Source: a virus | DNA: 64,000 nucleotides | IMG/VR virus record: IMGVR_UViG_3300008267_000019 | Coordinates: 1 to 64,000 of that record | Reading direction: 5' to 3' (one strand) | In this document: positions 1 to 10,964 of the stretch, in pieces | Numbering within the stretch: position 1 is the first letter of the stretch | Layout: the number at the start of each line of letters is the position of its first letter | The notes under the pieces: generated by a model | The model's database searches: none | What the model was told of the DNA's origin: nothing | What the model saw: only the letters and a program-made list of their open reading frames with translations | Made by a program: the position numbers and the translations under genes

Positions 1-305
1 AGTTTAAATGGGAAAAGATTTCTAACTTAACAGAAGCTTTTAAGAATCTAGTACTATCAGATGTAGAAAGAGCGTTAGTTAATTGGAACGAAATTATGAC
101 AATGAGAGATACTTCGCTTAAAGATCTTTATAGAACAGCTATAGAACAAGGAGATACTGACGAGTTAGTTAAACTAGATAAAATGCTAAGTAATACTCCT
201 AAAATGTTTGAAGACTATAAAAAGATCAAACGAGATTACGAAGAAGAAAAGACAACTAAGAAAGGAAAAACTATATCATCACTATCTGACTCAGGGGAAC
301 TATGA
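1..305 (+). CDS. 5'-truncated hypothetical protein directly upstream of the terminase (possible small terminase subunit)
   Basis: The frame is open from base 3 (FKWEKISNLTEAF...) through the 96..305 ORF. Its stop overlaps the terL start (ATGA). Confidence 0.6.
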   Translation, partial: FKWEKISNLTEAFKNLVLSDVERALVNWNEIMTMRDTSLKDLYRTAIEQGDTDELVKLDKMLSNTPKMFEDYKKIKRDYEEEKTTKKGKTISSLSDSGEL

Positions 306-2479
306 TAGTAAACAATTCTAATTTTAGATTAAGTTCTATTCCTAACTTCCATCCAGAGTTAGAATACTATGAGCGCGTTTCTTTTTGGAAAGATGAAAAA
401 CGTAAATGCATAGAAGGCTACTGGTCATCTGGTAAGTGGATGCCAGGACCGTTATATTATTACATTAACTTTCACAACATACAATTCGAGGACGACTCTT
501 CTGTAGCACAGGCTTTTGGTTTGCCATTTCTACGCGACATAGATTGGGAGTTGTTTTTATTATATGAAGAATGTAGAGGCTTCTCAGGATTCTCCGATGA
601 TAAAAAATCTACATGTGATAGGCGTTACGGGCCCGAAAGAGAATTAAGTATTAAACTTAAAAGAATAACAGAAGCTGAAGCAGAATCTATGGAATACATT
701 CCTGCTAGAGAATATCTAAGAAAAAACCACGGTAAATCTTTAGGAAAGCCGTTATACAAAAATGCAGCAAAGCACTTTATGTCTATCCAAGCCAGGGGTT
801 CTGGAAAGAGTTACTCTACATCTGCTATAGTTGCCCATAACTTTTTATTTGACGGAGCCACTGATTATGATGATTATTTAGATAGAAGAAAGCTTAAACA
901 GTATATATCATCTGAAAGTATAATAGGCGCAATTGATACTAAGTATACTATACCCCTAATTGACAAAGTCAAAATAGCCTTTGAATTATTGCCAGGATCT
1001 TTTCATATGGGAGATGAGGAATATCCTGCGCCTTTAGCAGTAGGCTTCACAGGATCATTACAACCTAATAAACTTATTACAAGTAATCTTTCTAAAAGTA
1101 AACTATACCATAGAACCTTTAAAGACAACCCACTAGCAGCCAACGGAACCAGAGCAAACTTAGTAGCACTAGATGAAGTAGGTTTCATGTATAACATTAA
1201 AGAATCTTGGGGAGCCATTGAAGCTATTCAGGCATCAAAAGCTAAAAAGAATCTTGTTATATGGGCACTAGGAACGGGAGGTCTTGTATCAGGACGAGCA
1301 GCATTGTATGCAGAAAGTATATTTAGAAATCCTAGTGATTATAACTGCATAGACTTTGAAGATATATTTGAGCATAGAGGTAAGATAGGATACTTTGTGC
1401 CGTATTCTAAAACAATGAATGAGTTTAAGGATAAACCTAACTTTGATACTAATGAAGATTTAGCTAGATTATTTATAGAAAATAAACGCCAGGTAGCCAA
1501 GAAATCCCCTGATCCTACAGTATACCAAACAGAAATTATCAACGGTCCTATGGTTCCGTCAGAAGCTTTCTTAGTTTTAGAGGGCGCATTCTTTCCAACG
1601 CTACAACTTAAAGAACAGCTAGCTGAAGTAGAAGGAGGTAAGTATAAAAAATACACAGAAGCAAGTTTTAAAGGGCACATAAGTTTTAATGATAAAAACG
1701 AACCAGAGTTCTACACAGAACAAGATGTATTGCCTATAAGAAAGTTCCCGCTTAATCGTAATGATGATAAACGAGGCTGCATAGAAGTATGGGTAAAGCC
1801 TCAAAAGAATTCTGAAGGAGTTATACCTAGAGGAACTTATATAGCAGGCATTGACGTTGTAGATAAAGATAAAGCTACTACTGATTCTTTACCATGTATA
1901 ATGGTTATGAACAGATTTACACGACAAATAGTCGCTGAATATACAGGGCGTACAGGAGAAGCAAAAGATTTTTATGAAGTTTGTCGTAAGCTTTTATTAT
2001 ATTATAATGCAGTAGGTATGTATGAAAAGAACCTTATAGGCCTCTATAATCATTTTGATCAAAATAAATGTACGTATTTACTTGCAGAAACACCTTATCA
2101 ATTAAGATCAGTAGATACATATAAAGCAGGAACTAATACGTCTAAAGGTATTAATGCATCAGGATCAGTAAATGCAGAGGGAAGAAATATGGTTAAATCC
2201 TGGTTGCAAGAAAGAATAAGTGTAACTTCAGAGACTAGAGTATATGAAACTATTTATTCTTCAGCATTAATTACTGAATTAGTTATGTGGAACCCACAAG
2301 GAAACTTTGATAGAGTTTCTGCGTTAATAATGCTAATGTGGTTAGACTCTACTATGTTTAAAGAAGTAACACAACGTGTAGAAGAAGTAAAGACTTTTTT
2401 AGATAACGATTACTTTGCTAATATGGGAGTTTTAAAAAAGAAACCTATAGGAACTATAGATTCAAATTTTTATTCATAG
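302..2479 (+). CDS. terL: Terminase large subunit
   Basis: Walker A-like QARGSGKS, Walker B LVALDEVG, RNase H-like nuclease motifs YIAGIDVV and NFDRVSAL; precedes the portal gene. Confidence 0.93.
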   Translation: MIVNNSNFRLSSIPNFHPELEYYERVSFWKDEKRKCIEGYWSSGKWMPGPLYYYINFHNIQFEDDSSVAQAFGLPFLRDIDWELFLLYEECRGFSGFSDDKKSTCDRRYGPERELSIKLKRITEAEAESMEYIPAREYLRKNHGKSLGKPLYKNAAKHFMSIQARGSGKSYSTSAIVAHNFLFDGATDYDDYLDRRKLKQYISSESIIGAIDTKYTIPLIDKVKIAFELLPGSFHMGDEEYPAPLAVGFTGSLQPNKLITSNLSKSKLYHRTFKDNPLAANGTRANLVALDEVGFMYNIKESWGAIEAIQASKAKKNLVIWALGTGGLVSGRAALYAESIFRNPSDYNCIDFEDIFEHRGKIGYFVPYSKTMNEFKDKPNFDTNEDLARLFIENKRQVAKKSPDPTVYQTEIINGPMVPSEAFLVLEGAFFPTLQLKEQLAEVEGGKYKKYTEASFKGHISFNDKNEPEFYTEQDVLPIRKFPLNRNDDKRGCIEVWVKPQKNSEGVIPRGTYIAGIDVVDKDKATTDSLPCIMVMNRFTRQIVAEYTGRTGEAKDFYEVCRKLLLYYNAVGMYEKNLIGLYNHFDQNKCTYLLAETPYQLRSVDTYKAGTNTSKGINASGSVNAEGRNMVKSWLQERISVTSETRVYETIYSSALITELVMWNPQGNFDRVSALIMLMWLDSTMFKEVTQRVEEVKTFLDNDYFANMGVLKKKPIGTIDSNFYS

Positions 2480-2484
2480 ATTTG
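2477..2484 (+). promoter_or_regulatory. Bacteroidota-type -7 promoter element (TAGATTTG) upstream of the portal gene
   Basis: Matches TAnnTTTG and lies 21 nt before the portal ATG. The same box precedes three other module-starting genes. Confidence 0.5.
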
Positions 2485-2505
2485 TATTTTAAATAAATTA
2501 TTACT

Positions 2506-5010
2506 ATGGCTCAGAGTTCACCAGTAAAAATGCAGGGCTATATAAGCTTCCCTCGCCAAAAATTACCTGATAGCAAAAAGGATGATAATTGGTTCATGAA
2601 GAATATAGACTTTGCAGAACATTTATTAACATCCGACGTAAACCTACGCTCTAATTTTAAAAATAAAAAATCTAATTATAATCTTAGAGCTAATATCATT
2701 AACGTCAAAGACTTTGAAAAGTTTATAAATCCTGATAATCTAGATTTAGAATCTCTTCCTGCAAGCTTCCAGCACATAGGAATAGAAAACTCTAAGATTA
2801 ATTTACTACTAGGTGAATACGCTCAACGTAAAAAAGAGTTTAAAGTTTATATATCTGCTAATGATCAAGACGGTATTTCCCGCAAGGAACAACTGTTAAT
2901 GGAACAGATAAAACAAGAACTTACAAATATAATTAAGACTAAGTCTATTTCTGAAGAAGAAATTGCTAAACGTCTTGATCAACTTCAGAAATTTCAAACA
3001 TATGAATTTCAAGATGTAGCAGAAATTACAGCTAATAAAATTCTCAAGAAAGAATGGAAAGAGAATGATTTTGACTTTATATTCTTGCGCACCTTTGAAG
3101 ACCTACTAGTTGGAGGCGAGGAAATAATGTACTGCGGTGTATTAGGCGGCAATCCAGTAATGAGACGTGTTAATCCTATGAATTTATATACTCTTGGGGG
3201 TAACTCTATGTATATAGAAGATGCAGATATCATTGTTGAATATGGCTATAAAACTGTAGGCCAGGTAATAGATGATTATTGGGAAGAACTATCAGAAGAC
3301 GATATAGATTTCTTAGAGCGCGGTAAAACTGACGCTTCTATGGGAGGCGGAGGTATAGGCCTTAACCGTGATGTATCAGTATATGACTATTACGGTGAGC
3401 AAGGAGCTCTAAGCATATTTCATCCTAATGAGATGGGAACAAGAACATTTGCTGGTGCATTTGATACCTATGGTAATGTAAGAGTTTTGAAAGTATGTTG
3501 GAGATCTAGAAGAAAGATAGGTGAACTTACTTATTTTGATGAAGACGGTGTAGAACAAAAAGACTGGGTCCCTGAAGATTATAAACCACAAAAAGAATTA
3601 GGAGAAACTGTTAGATGGATATGGGTAAATGAGTGGATGGAAGGTACAAAAATAGCTGACCATATCTACACAGTAATGCGTCCTGTACCATATGCAAGTA
3701 AATCTTTAGTAAATAAATCTAAAGGAACTCCGCCATATGTAGGATCTGTTAATTCTACTAATGATTACAAAGTACAATCTCTAATGGATATAATGAAGCC
3801 ATTAGCTTATTCTTATGACATTGCTTATTACAAACGAGAACTTGCTATTGCTACTTACAAAGGATCTTTTACCGCTTTAAACTCTTCTTTAGTTCCAGCA
3901 GGATGGGATCCAAAAGAATGGATGCGATATGTTACTATAAATAAATTTGCTTGGTTAGACCCTACTAATGAAATACTTAAAGGACCTTCTCAAGGCAAAT
4001 CAGCTGGAGCATTTAATACTCTTACTGCTCAACAAATCCAAATTGGTGATGTTAATGAAGTAGGTATGTATACTAATCTATTATTAGATATAGAAAATAC
4101 TCTAGGTAAATTAGCAGGTGTATCAGGTGCACGCGAAGGAGAAATTTCTAACCGTCAAACTAACGGTAGTGTAGAAACACAAATAACACAAACTTCTAAT
4201 ATTACTGAGAAGTGGTTTGCTATTGATGCTAACTTCCGTAAAAGAGTTTTAACTAAATTTTTAGAGTGTTGCAAATACGCTTATAAACGCAATCCTAAAA
4301 AAGGACAATATTTACTTGATGATCTTGGACAACAAATAGTTGCTAAGTTTGATGAGTTTGTAGCCTCTGAATATGACATACATGTATCCAACTCCACTAA
4401 TGATACTATGTTGTTTAATGATTTAAGAGCCCTTTCACAAGCAGCTATACAAAATGGACAAGCTACTATTGGAGATCTTATTGCTATTACACAATCTGAA
4501 TCTGTACAAGAAGTTGCTAGAAGACTTGAAGACTCTGCTAGAAAAATACGTGAAGAGAATCAAGCAATGCAAGAAAAACAACTTCAGGCTCAACAGCAAC
4601 AACAACAAATGTTGATGCAGCAAGAGCAAGCTAAACAAATGTTTGAGATGAAGAAACATGAAGATAAGATAGCAGTTGATAGAGAAAAAATACAAGCAGA
4701 TTTACAGATAGCAGGATTAAACAATTCAGTACAAGCAGATAGAGTATTATTAGATGCAAATAAAGTAATGATTGATAATGACACTGTAAATAGAGCTAAT
4801 CTAGAAAAAGCTAGAATAGATTCTGATAAAAATGGTATTGATGACTTCTTAGACTTACGACGCACAGATGTAGATGAAAACTACAAAAGAGAGCAAGTAA
4901 GAATAGCTGATGCTAAACTTGTAGAAACAGTTAGATCAAATAAAGCTAAGGAAGAATTAATGCAAAAAAGTATTAATAATAAAGCAGAAGGAGATAAATC
5001 TAAGAAATAA
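2506..5010 (+). CDS. Portal protein
   Basis: 834 aa, follows terL, long helical body and Q-rich coiled-coil C-terminus typical of crAss-like portals. Confidence 0.88.
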   Translation: MAQSSPVKMQGYISFPRQKLPDSKKDDNWFMKNIDFAEHLLTSDVNLRSNFKNKKSNYNLRANIINVKDFEKFINPDNLDLESLPASFQHIGIENSKINLLLGEYAQRKKEFKVYISANDQDGISRKEQLLMEQIKQELTNIIKTKSISEEEIAKRLDQLQKFQTYEFQDVAEITANKILKKEWKENDFDFIFLRTFEDLLVGGEEIMYCGVLGGNPVMRRVNPMNLYTLGGNSMYIEDADIIVEYGYKTVGQVIDDYWEELSEDDIDFLERGKTDASMGGGGIGLNRDVSVYDYYGEQGALSIFHPNEMGTRTFAGAFDTYGNVRVLKVCWRSRRKIGELTYFDEDGVEQKDWVPEDYKPQKELGETVRWIWVNEWMEGTKIADHIYTVMRPVPYASKSLVNKSKGTPPYVGSVNSTNDYKVQSLMDIMKPLAYSYDIAYYKRELAIATYKGSFTALNSSLVPAGWDPKEWMRYVTINKFAWLDPTNEILKGPSQGKSAGAFNTLTAQQIQIGDVNEVGMYTNLLLDIENTLGKLAGVSGAREGEISNRQTNGSVETQITQTSNITEKWFAIDANFRKRVLTKFLECCKYAYKRNPKKGQYLLDDLGQQIVAKFDEFVASEYDIHVSNSTNDTMLFNDLRALSQAAIQNGQATIGDLIAITQSESVQEVARRLEDSARKIREENQAMQEKQLQAQQQQQQMLMQQEQAKQMFEMKKHEDKIAVDREKIQADLQIAGLNNSVQADRVLLDANKVMIDNDTVNRANLEKARIDSDKNGIDDFLDLRRTDVDENYKREQVRIADAKLVETVRSNKAKEELMQKSINNKAEGDKSKK

Positions 5011-5098
5011 AGCTATAGTACTATAGTAAAACAATAAAGATTTTAAAAGCTAATTATTAAAATAATTTTAATATTGTAACCAAATAAAGACAGCATAT

Positions 5099-6268
5099 AT
5101 GAGTGATAACAACGAAGAGTTATTTGAAGGACTTCAAATAATGTCGCCAGAAGAACTGAATTCTGCAGTAAAAGCTGAAGATGTAGGTTCGGAAGATATA
5201 AGCAATTCAGTAGGAGAATCTGAAGAGTTTATATTAAAACCTGTAGCAGCAGAAACTGGAGATGATGCAACTACAAGGGAAAGTAAGGAAACTTACGTAC
5301 AAGAAAAAACTTCTGCTTCTAACGAGAACAGGGGTGAAACTGTTTATAAGGCTTTATTAAAAGAACTAGTTAAAGAAGGAGTAATTACTGCAGAAGAAGC
5401 AGAACTAGAACAATTACCTGGAAACTTTGACACTATAAAAAGTTTAGTTAATAAAACTGTAGAAACAAGTTTTAAAAATAAAGAAGAAAATTGGAAGCGT
5501 AATCTTTCTCCTGAGAAAAAAAGATTCTTAGAAATAGAAGATGCTTTTGATGAAACGGACCATGCAATCTTAATGGCCCAACGATTAGAGTTCTTTGAAA
5601 ATATCAGTGTAGATGCTATTAAGACAGATACAAACCTTCAAAAGCAAATTTACTTTGAGCAGTTAAAAGCTAAAAACTTTTCTGATCAAGAAGCAGTAGA
5701 AGCAATAGAAGATGCAGTTGCAATTAATAAATTAGAGGACAAAGCTTTAAAAGCAGTTCCTGAATTAAAAGCAATGTCTGAAGCAATCGTAGAACAATCT
5801 AGATATCAAAAAGAACAACAAACAAAAGCTGCTATAGAGCAACAAACAAAAGCTTTTGAGAGTTTGCTAGCTAATATAGATACTAGAGATCATTTTATAG
5901 ACGGTTTAAATCTTAATAAGATCACAAAAGATAAATTAAAAAATAACATTACAAGTCCAATATACAAAGATCCTAAAACAGGAAAAGAGTATAATTCTTT
6001 AATGTACAAACAAGCTAGAAATCCTGTAGAGTTTGAAATGTTAATAAACTACTATGACACTTTAGGATTATTTAATTTAGATAAAGAAGGCAAATTTAAA
6101 CCAGATATTTCTAAATTAAAAAACGTAGCAAAAACAGCAGCAATAAATGAGCTCGACAAAATTATTGCAGCAGAAGAACAAAGAGGAGTTGGCAGAAACA
6201 CATCTGTTGAGACTTCTCAAAGAACCGAGGGAATTTTAAGTATGCTAGAAAAAGCAACTAAAAGATAA
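5099..6268 (+). CDS. Acidic helical protein between portal and MCP (probable scaffold/assembly protein)
   Basis: Very acidic N-terminus, coiled-coil character, position directly upstream of the MCP. Confidence 0.6.
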   Translation: MSDNNEELFEGLQIMSPEELNSAVKAEDVGSEDISNSVGESEEFILKPVAAETGDDATTRESKETYVQEKTSASNENRGETVYKALLKELVKEGVITAEEAELEQLPGNFDTIKSLVNKTVETSFKNKEENWKRNLSPEKKRFLEIEDAFDETDHAILMAQRLEFFENISVDAIKTDTNLQKQIYFEQLKAKNFSDQEAVEAIEDAVAINKLEDKALKAVPELKAMSEAIVEQSRYQKEQQTKAAIEQQTKAFESLLANIDTRDHFIDGLNLNKITKDKLKNNITSPIYKDPKTGKEYNSLMYKQARNPVEFEMLINYYDTLGLFNLDKEGKFKPDISKLKNVAKTAAINELDKIIAAEEQRGVGRNTSVETSQRTEGILSMLEKATKR

Positions 6269-6306
6269 ATAATATATTCGTCTAACAATTAAAATAAAAA
6301 CAACAA

Positions 6307-7818
6307 ATGGCTCAATTACTTCCATTACAAAGGTATGAAGCTAAAGACTACAATGGTTTGGTTACTGATAACCACTTCCATTCTTTGTACCAGCAAAAGC
6401 CTCAGTTGATTAGCAACGTGATTAAACAAATCTACAAGACTAATCTTCAAGGTAAGCTGCGTGAATTCGTAGATCGTTTTCCTGTTAAAGAAGTTGAACA
6501 AGAAAATGGATTCTACAACTGGTTATTGCAAGGTCAACATGACAAAAACTTGCCACTAGTAGACGCAGAAACAATCAACGGTCTTACTATTTCTGCAGGT
6601 ACTTTTCCTGCAAACATAGGAGCAAACGGTGAAAGATTTTACTTAATCTTTGACGAACCTCTATTTGAAGAAACTAATGTTCTTCGTGGTGAGGTTGATG
6701 ACTATCATTTATTGGTTAAAAAAGCAATGGATGCTGGTTCTCGTTACAAAGTAGAAGTAGAACTTGTAACTGACAATCCTAATAAAACAGTTCCTTCAGA
6801 AGAACTTGCTATTGGTACTCGTTGGTCTAAATTTTACTCTTTGTCTCCTTCAACACTTTCTTATCAAGGTGCGAAGCCGTATTTCACTTCTCCTTGGAGA
6901 ATGGAAAACCGTCCTTCTACTTTGAGAATGGAGTATGAAGTAGCAGGCAACACAATCAACAAAGGTAAAAACGAACCATTAGAGTTTGGTTTTGCTTACA
7001 AAGGACAAACAGAATCTATTTGGATTAACTATCAAGATTTGGTAGCACACCACCAATGTGAAGAAATGTTTGCTCGTATGTTGATGTACGGTAAGAAAAA
7101 CTGGACTTCTGATCACAAGTACTTAAACAAAGATGACAAGACTAAATATGCTGTTGAGTCAGGTGCTGGATTCTTTGATCAAATCGCTCCATCAAACGTA
7201 CACTACTACAACTCTTATGATTTAGATTGGCATCTTGAGTTATTACTTGACATGGGTGTTGGTAAGATTGAAAGAGGTAAGCGTGTTATTCACTTGTTAA
7301 CTGGGGAATTTGGTGCTATCGAAATCTCTAAGCAAATCCAAGCTAAAACAGGTACAGGTAAATTTACTGTAATCTCTGACAAATTCTTGTTTAAAGATAC
7401 AGATCCAGGAAACCTTGGTGGTAAAAACACTAAAGGAGCTATGGAGCCACAGTGGAATGTTTATGAGTGGTACAACGGTGTTGTTATCATGGTTGAAATC
7501 CTAGATTTCTTTGATGATGATGTATACTTCCCACAAAGACATCCTGATGGAAAAGGTATCGTAGAATCTCACAGAATTCTTGCTCTTGATTATGGTGATA
7601 CTGCTGGTATCTACCGAGTTAAGCCTAAAGGAGTTCCTGATTACAACTGGGCATACATCCCTGGTATGAGAGATCCTTTCTCTCCTGCAGGTAAAGGTTC
7701 GCCTAAGATGGTTGCTTCTCGTGTTGATGGTTATGAAGTTCATTTCCAAAAATGGGGAGGTATGATGATCGAAGATCCTACTAAAGTAGTTGATTTACGT
7801 TTGAACGTATCTCGATAA
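6307..7818 (+). CDS. Major capsid protein
   Basis: 503 aa, crAss-like MCP size and position, codon usage of a highly expressed gene (many TTC/TAC/AAC/CGT), C-terminal YIPGMRDPF...DGYEVH segment. Confidence 0.88.
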   Translation: MAQLLPLQRYEAKDYNGLVTDNHFHSLYQQKPQLISNVIKQIYKTNLQGKLREFVDRFPVKEVEQENGFYNWLLQGQHDKNLPLVDAETINGLTISAGTFPANIGANGERFYLIFDEPLFEETNVLRGEVDDYHLLVKKAMDAGSRYKVEVELVTDNPNKTVPSEELAIGTRWSKFYSLSPSTLSYQGAKPYFTSPWRMENRPSTLRMEYEVAGNTINKGKNEPLEFGFAYKGQTESIWINYQDLVAHHQCEEMFARMLMYGKKNWTSDHKYLNKDDKTKYAVESGAGFFDQIAPSNVHYYNSYDLDWHLELLLDMGVGKIERGKRVIHLLTGEFGAIEISKQIQAKTGTGKFTVISDKFLFKDTDPGNLGGKNTKGAMEPQWNVYEWYNGVVIMVEILDFFDDDVYFPQRHPDGKGIVESHRILALDYGDTAGIYRVKPKGVPDYNWAYIPGMRDPFSPAGKGSPKMVASRVDGYEVHFQKWGGMMIEDPTKVVDLRLNVSR

Positions 7819-7826
7819 TAGAAAAA

Positions 7827-7868
7827 TAAAATGATCCCCTAGGAGGTGAAAGCCCTGGGGGACATTTT
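7827..7868 (+). terminator. Stem-loop after the MCP gene (terminator, processing or stability hairpin)
   Basis: TCCCCTAG/CTGGGGGA stem, GA bulge, GGT-GAAA-GCC tetraloop cap, closed by AAAATG/CATTTT. Confidence 0.7.
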
Positions 7869-7902
7869 AAATAAAGAGAATTAATAATAGACAGCAAATA
7901 AA

Positions 7903-8838
7903 ATGGAGACAGCAACAAAAGAAAAAGTGGTTTACGGATCATTTTTACAAGACAGAATAGTGTCTGTAAAACCCGTAGAATCATCAGGGAAATGGAGTAA
8001 CTTATTAGTACAAGGACAAGAAAGGATGAAAGATCCATTTTTGTTAAACAAAGCTAAACGAAGCTACCAAGTACCACTTAACAGTGAAGTTAGTGGAGGA
8101 GGAGTAAAAGTAATTTTGGATGATCAAAAGAGAGTTAAGATCCAAAAATACTTAGAAAGTTATCCAAACGGGATGACACAAAAAGAGTTCTTTGAAAAAG
8201 AATTAGGAGTAAATTTAAACCCTACTCTTAAACAGGAAGATAACTTCTGGAGAATTGATAGAAGAGGCAGAGTAGTATTGACTAAAGAAGGAACTACTTT
8301 AAATCTTAACAATGCATTAGATATGTTAAAGTATTTAATCTTGTTATCTAACAAAATGCTTATTTCTCCTTCTTATGAAGAGAGAACTTTAAAAGCAACT
8401 TATGAGTTTATGATAGTAGATGAAAGCAAAGTAACTACTATGCAACTTGAAGAAGCAGATATTAAAGCTAAAGCATTTATCAAATTTGCAGAAGTTACAA
8501 ACAGCAAAAAAGCTACTATTGGATTTATCAAATCACTTGGTAGAACAATTCCTGCTACAGCTACAGAAGATTGGCTAAAACGAGAAGTATTAAATATTGT
8601 AGATAGCAATCCTAAATATTTCTTAGAAATAGTTAATCATCCTCAATATGATGAAAGAATATTTGTTCAGGAAGCAATTGAGGCGGGAGCAATTATCCGC
8701 AAAGGAGAAAAAAGATACACTCTTGACAATGGTGCAGAGTTAGGTGATTTAACAGATACAATAAATTACTTACTTAATCCAGACAATCAAGAAGTAAAAT
8801 TAAGAATTAAAGCAAAAGTTGACTTAGCAAAAAGATAA
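7903..8838 (+). CDS. Conserved crAss-like protein downstream of the MCP (function unknown)
   Basis: 311 aa, A-rich leader, occupies the conserved post-MCP position. Confidence 0.7.
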   Translation: METATKEKVVYGSFLQDRIVSVKPVESSGKWSNLLVQGQERMKDPFLLNKAKRSYQVPLNSEVSGGGVKVILDDQKRVKIQKYLESYPNGMTQKEFFEKELGVNLNPTLKQEDNFWRIDRRGRVVLTKEGTTLNLNNALDMLKYLILLSNKMLISPSYEERTLKATYEFMIVDESKVTTMQLEEADIKAKAFIKFAEVTNSKKATIGFIKSLGRTIPATATEDWLKREVLNIVDSNPKYFLEIVNHPQYDERIFVQEAIEAGAIIRKGEKRYTLDNGAELGDLTDTINYLLNPDNQEVKLRIKAKVDLAKR

Positions 8839-8844
8839 TAGACT

Positions 8845-9612
8845 ATGACTGCAAATGAAATGGCAAACGAATTAGAATTAGAACTTGATAGAAGCTCTAG
8901 TTATGGTTCACCAGGATACGAAGATTTTGAATTATCTTCTGTACTGACTAAAGCTGTGAATTTTTATGTCAAAAAGTTTTATGATGAAGTTAACAACCGT
9001 AAAGGCAAAGGCTTTGAAGAAATAGAAATTAGGAACCAAGGATTAGCGGCATTAGTTAAAGATGCCGCGTCCTTAACTCCCTCTGCTTCTCAAGTCGGAG
9101 TAATAGTAAATAACAATGTAACTGGAAAGTTCTTTGATTTACCGAGTGATCACATGTATACTATCTATGAAGAATGTGTAATAGATAAAACAGAATGTGG
9201 TACAGAAAATACACCAATTATTGCATATGTCGTGCCTACAGCGCACAATGAAATGCAAAGATTTAATTGGAGTAAATATAAAAGACCATTTTATAAATCT
9301 TATGGCGATGCTAGAGTTTGGCGTTCAGAATTTTCCAGACTAGTAGATGGTGTGGACCCTGCCCCTCCTGCAACAGCAAAGCGTCATGAGTTATTTACAG
9401 ATGGTACTTTTAATATTGTTACTTATCATATGAGATACTTAAAAAATCCATCTGATATAGTAGTTGATAGAACTACTCCTGCCAATCAACAAAACTGCGA
9501 ATTAGATATTTCTACTCACAGAGTAATTATAGGAATAGCAGCAGACTTGATGATGGAAAGAGTTAAAGAACAAAAAATGCAAATAGTAGAAGGTCTTAAA
9601 GACTTAGAATAA
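8845..9612 (+). CDS. Putative head-tail connector / neck ring protein
   Basis: 255 aa; N-terminal MTANEM...ELD and C-terminal YLKNP...CELD..TH..I pattern seen in crAss-like ring proteins (from recall). Confidence 0.6.
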   Translation: MTANEMANELELELDRSSSYGSPGYEDFELSSVLTKAVNFYVKKFYDEVNNRKGKGFEEIEIRNQGLAALVKDAASLTPSASQVGVIVNNNVTGKFFDLPSDHMYTIYEECVIDKTECGTENTPIIAYVVPTAHNEMQRFNWSKYKRPFYKSYGDARVWRSEFSRLVDGVDPAPPATAKRHELFTDGTFNIVTYHMRYLKNPSDIVVDRTTPANQQNCELDISTHRVIIGIAADLMMERVKEQKMQIVEGLKDLE

Positions 9613-9644
9613 AAATAGATTATTAATTATAAAAACAAAAACAA

Positions 9645-10952
9645 ATGTTAAGAAAAGCAAACAACGTATTTAGCGTTATTCTTGGAGATGTTACTGTTAC
9701 TACTGCTGCAGTAAACGCAGCTGTTCCTGTAGGAACTGTAGTAAGTAACTTAAACTTACCAAATAATGCAGTCGTAATTACAGATGCAGGTCTTCGCAGA
9801 TTAGATGCAGCAGCTTATACTGCTCTTGCTACTGGAGATCAATTTTTCGTAATTCAAGGAAGAGGAGCAACTCAACCATTGATGAAATCTCCTATCCTTA
9901 CTAAAGGAAAGATTAAGTTTTCTATTGCACCGCATAAAAGAGCTCAACAACAATCTACTGCAGTTGGTTACAACGGAACAACAGGAGCTTTACCTGTAGC
10001 TAACAACACTAACTTTTTTATCAAAATTCGTAAAAGAGATAATGATGCAGCTAACCGTTCTCAACCTTTCAGTTTATTTGCAGGACCTGTTCGCACAGAC
10101 GCTACAGGTACTCAAGCAGAGTTAGCTTCTTTGTTAGTTAGCAATGGTTGGTTAAACTTTAAAGATGAGCCAGCTAGATATTACTTACGTTTTGAAGCTC
10201 TTTGTGATAACGTAGGAGCTCCTACAACTGCTGCAACAGGTACTTTAGCTGCTACAAACGGATCTTTGTTTGTATCTGCAACTGTATCAGGAGCTGCTGA
10301 ATTCTCTGTAGGTGATTATGTACGTTTTGGTACTGCTACAACAGATCCAGTTTATAAAGTAGTTGCTACTGCTGTTGGAGGTATTACTTTAGATTCTCCT
10401 TATGTAGGAACTACAGGTACTTTTGCTGCAGGTGCTGCTGAATTTATTACAGCTGCTTTAGCTGCTGTTGCTAATTTTGGTGTAAGAATGACTGGTGATG
10501 TAAATCCATTTGATGTAAATCAGTGGAGAGATTACTATGCAAATAGATTCACTGTTTCTTTCTCTGACTCTACTACATTGCTTACGCATTTGCAAGGAGC
10601 ATTTAACGGAAACGGAGTATGGCAACAAGTTGCAATGGATGAATATCTTTCTTACGGTTATGAAGGAGAAAACAACCAATTGGCTGTTCCTTCTATCCCA
10701 AGAGACCAAACAGTTAAAATCCCAGGTATTGGCGGTAACACTGTTAATACTTCTAAATATTCAGCTTTGAATATTGCATGGGAAGAAAGTATTTCTGGAC
10801 TTGTATCTATGGATGGAGGTAAAGGTAATGTACTTGTGTACTTTAACCTTGATAACTCTGCTCCAGGTGCAGGAGTTGTTACAGGGACTTCTATAGAAGC
10901 TAATACAATTCTTACTTTAGGATTGACTGTAGCAAACTTTAATGAAGTGTAA
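9645..10952 (+). CDS. Putative auxiliary capsid / head decoration protein
   Basis: 435 aa, A/T/G/V-rich beta-structure, high-expression codon usage like the MCP, followed by a strong terminator. Confidence 0.6.
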   Translation: MLRKANNVFSVILGDVTVTTAAVNAAVPVGTVVSNLNLPNNAVVITDAGLRRLDAAAYTALATGDQFFVIQGRGATQPLMKSPILTKGKIKFSIAPHKRAQQQSTAVGYNGTTGALPVANNTNFFIKIRKRDNDAANRSQPFSLFAGPVRTDATGTQAELASLLVSNGWLNFKDEPARYYLRFEALCDNVGAPTTAATGTLAATNGSLFVSATVSGAAEFSVGDYVRFGTATTDPVYKVVATAVGGITLDSPYVGTTGTFAAGAAEFITAALAAVANFGVRMTGDVNPFDVNQWRDYYANRFTVSFSDSTTLLTHLQGAFNGNGVWQQVAMDEYLSYGYEGENNQLAVPSIPRDQTVKIPGIGGNTVNTSKYSALNIAWEESISGLVSMDGGKGNVLVYFNLDNSAPGAGVVTGTSIEANTILTLGLTVANFNEV

Positions 10953-10964
10953 TTCTCCAACCCC

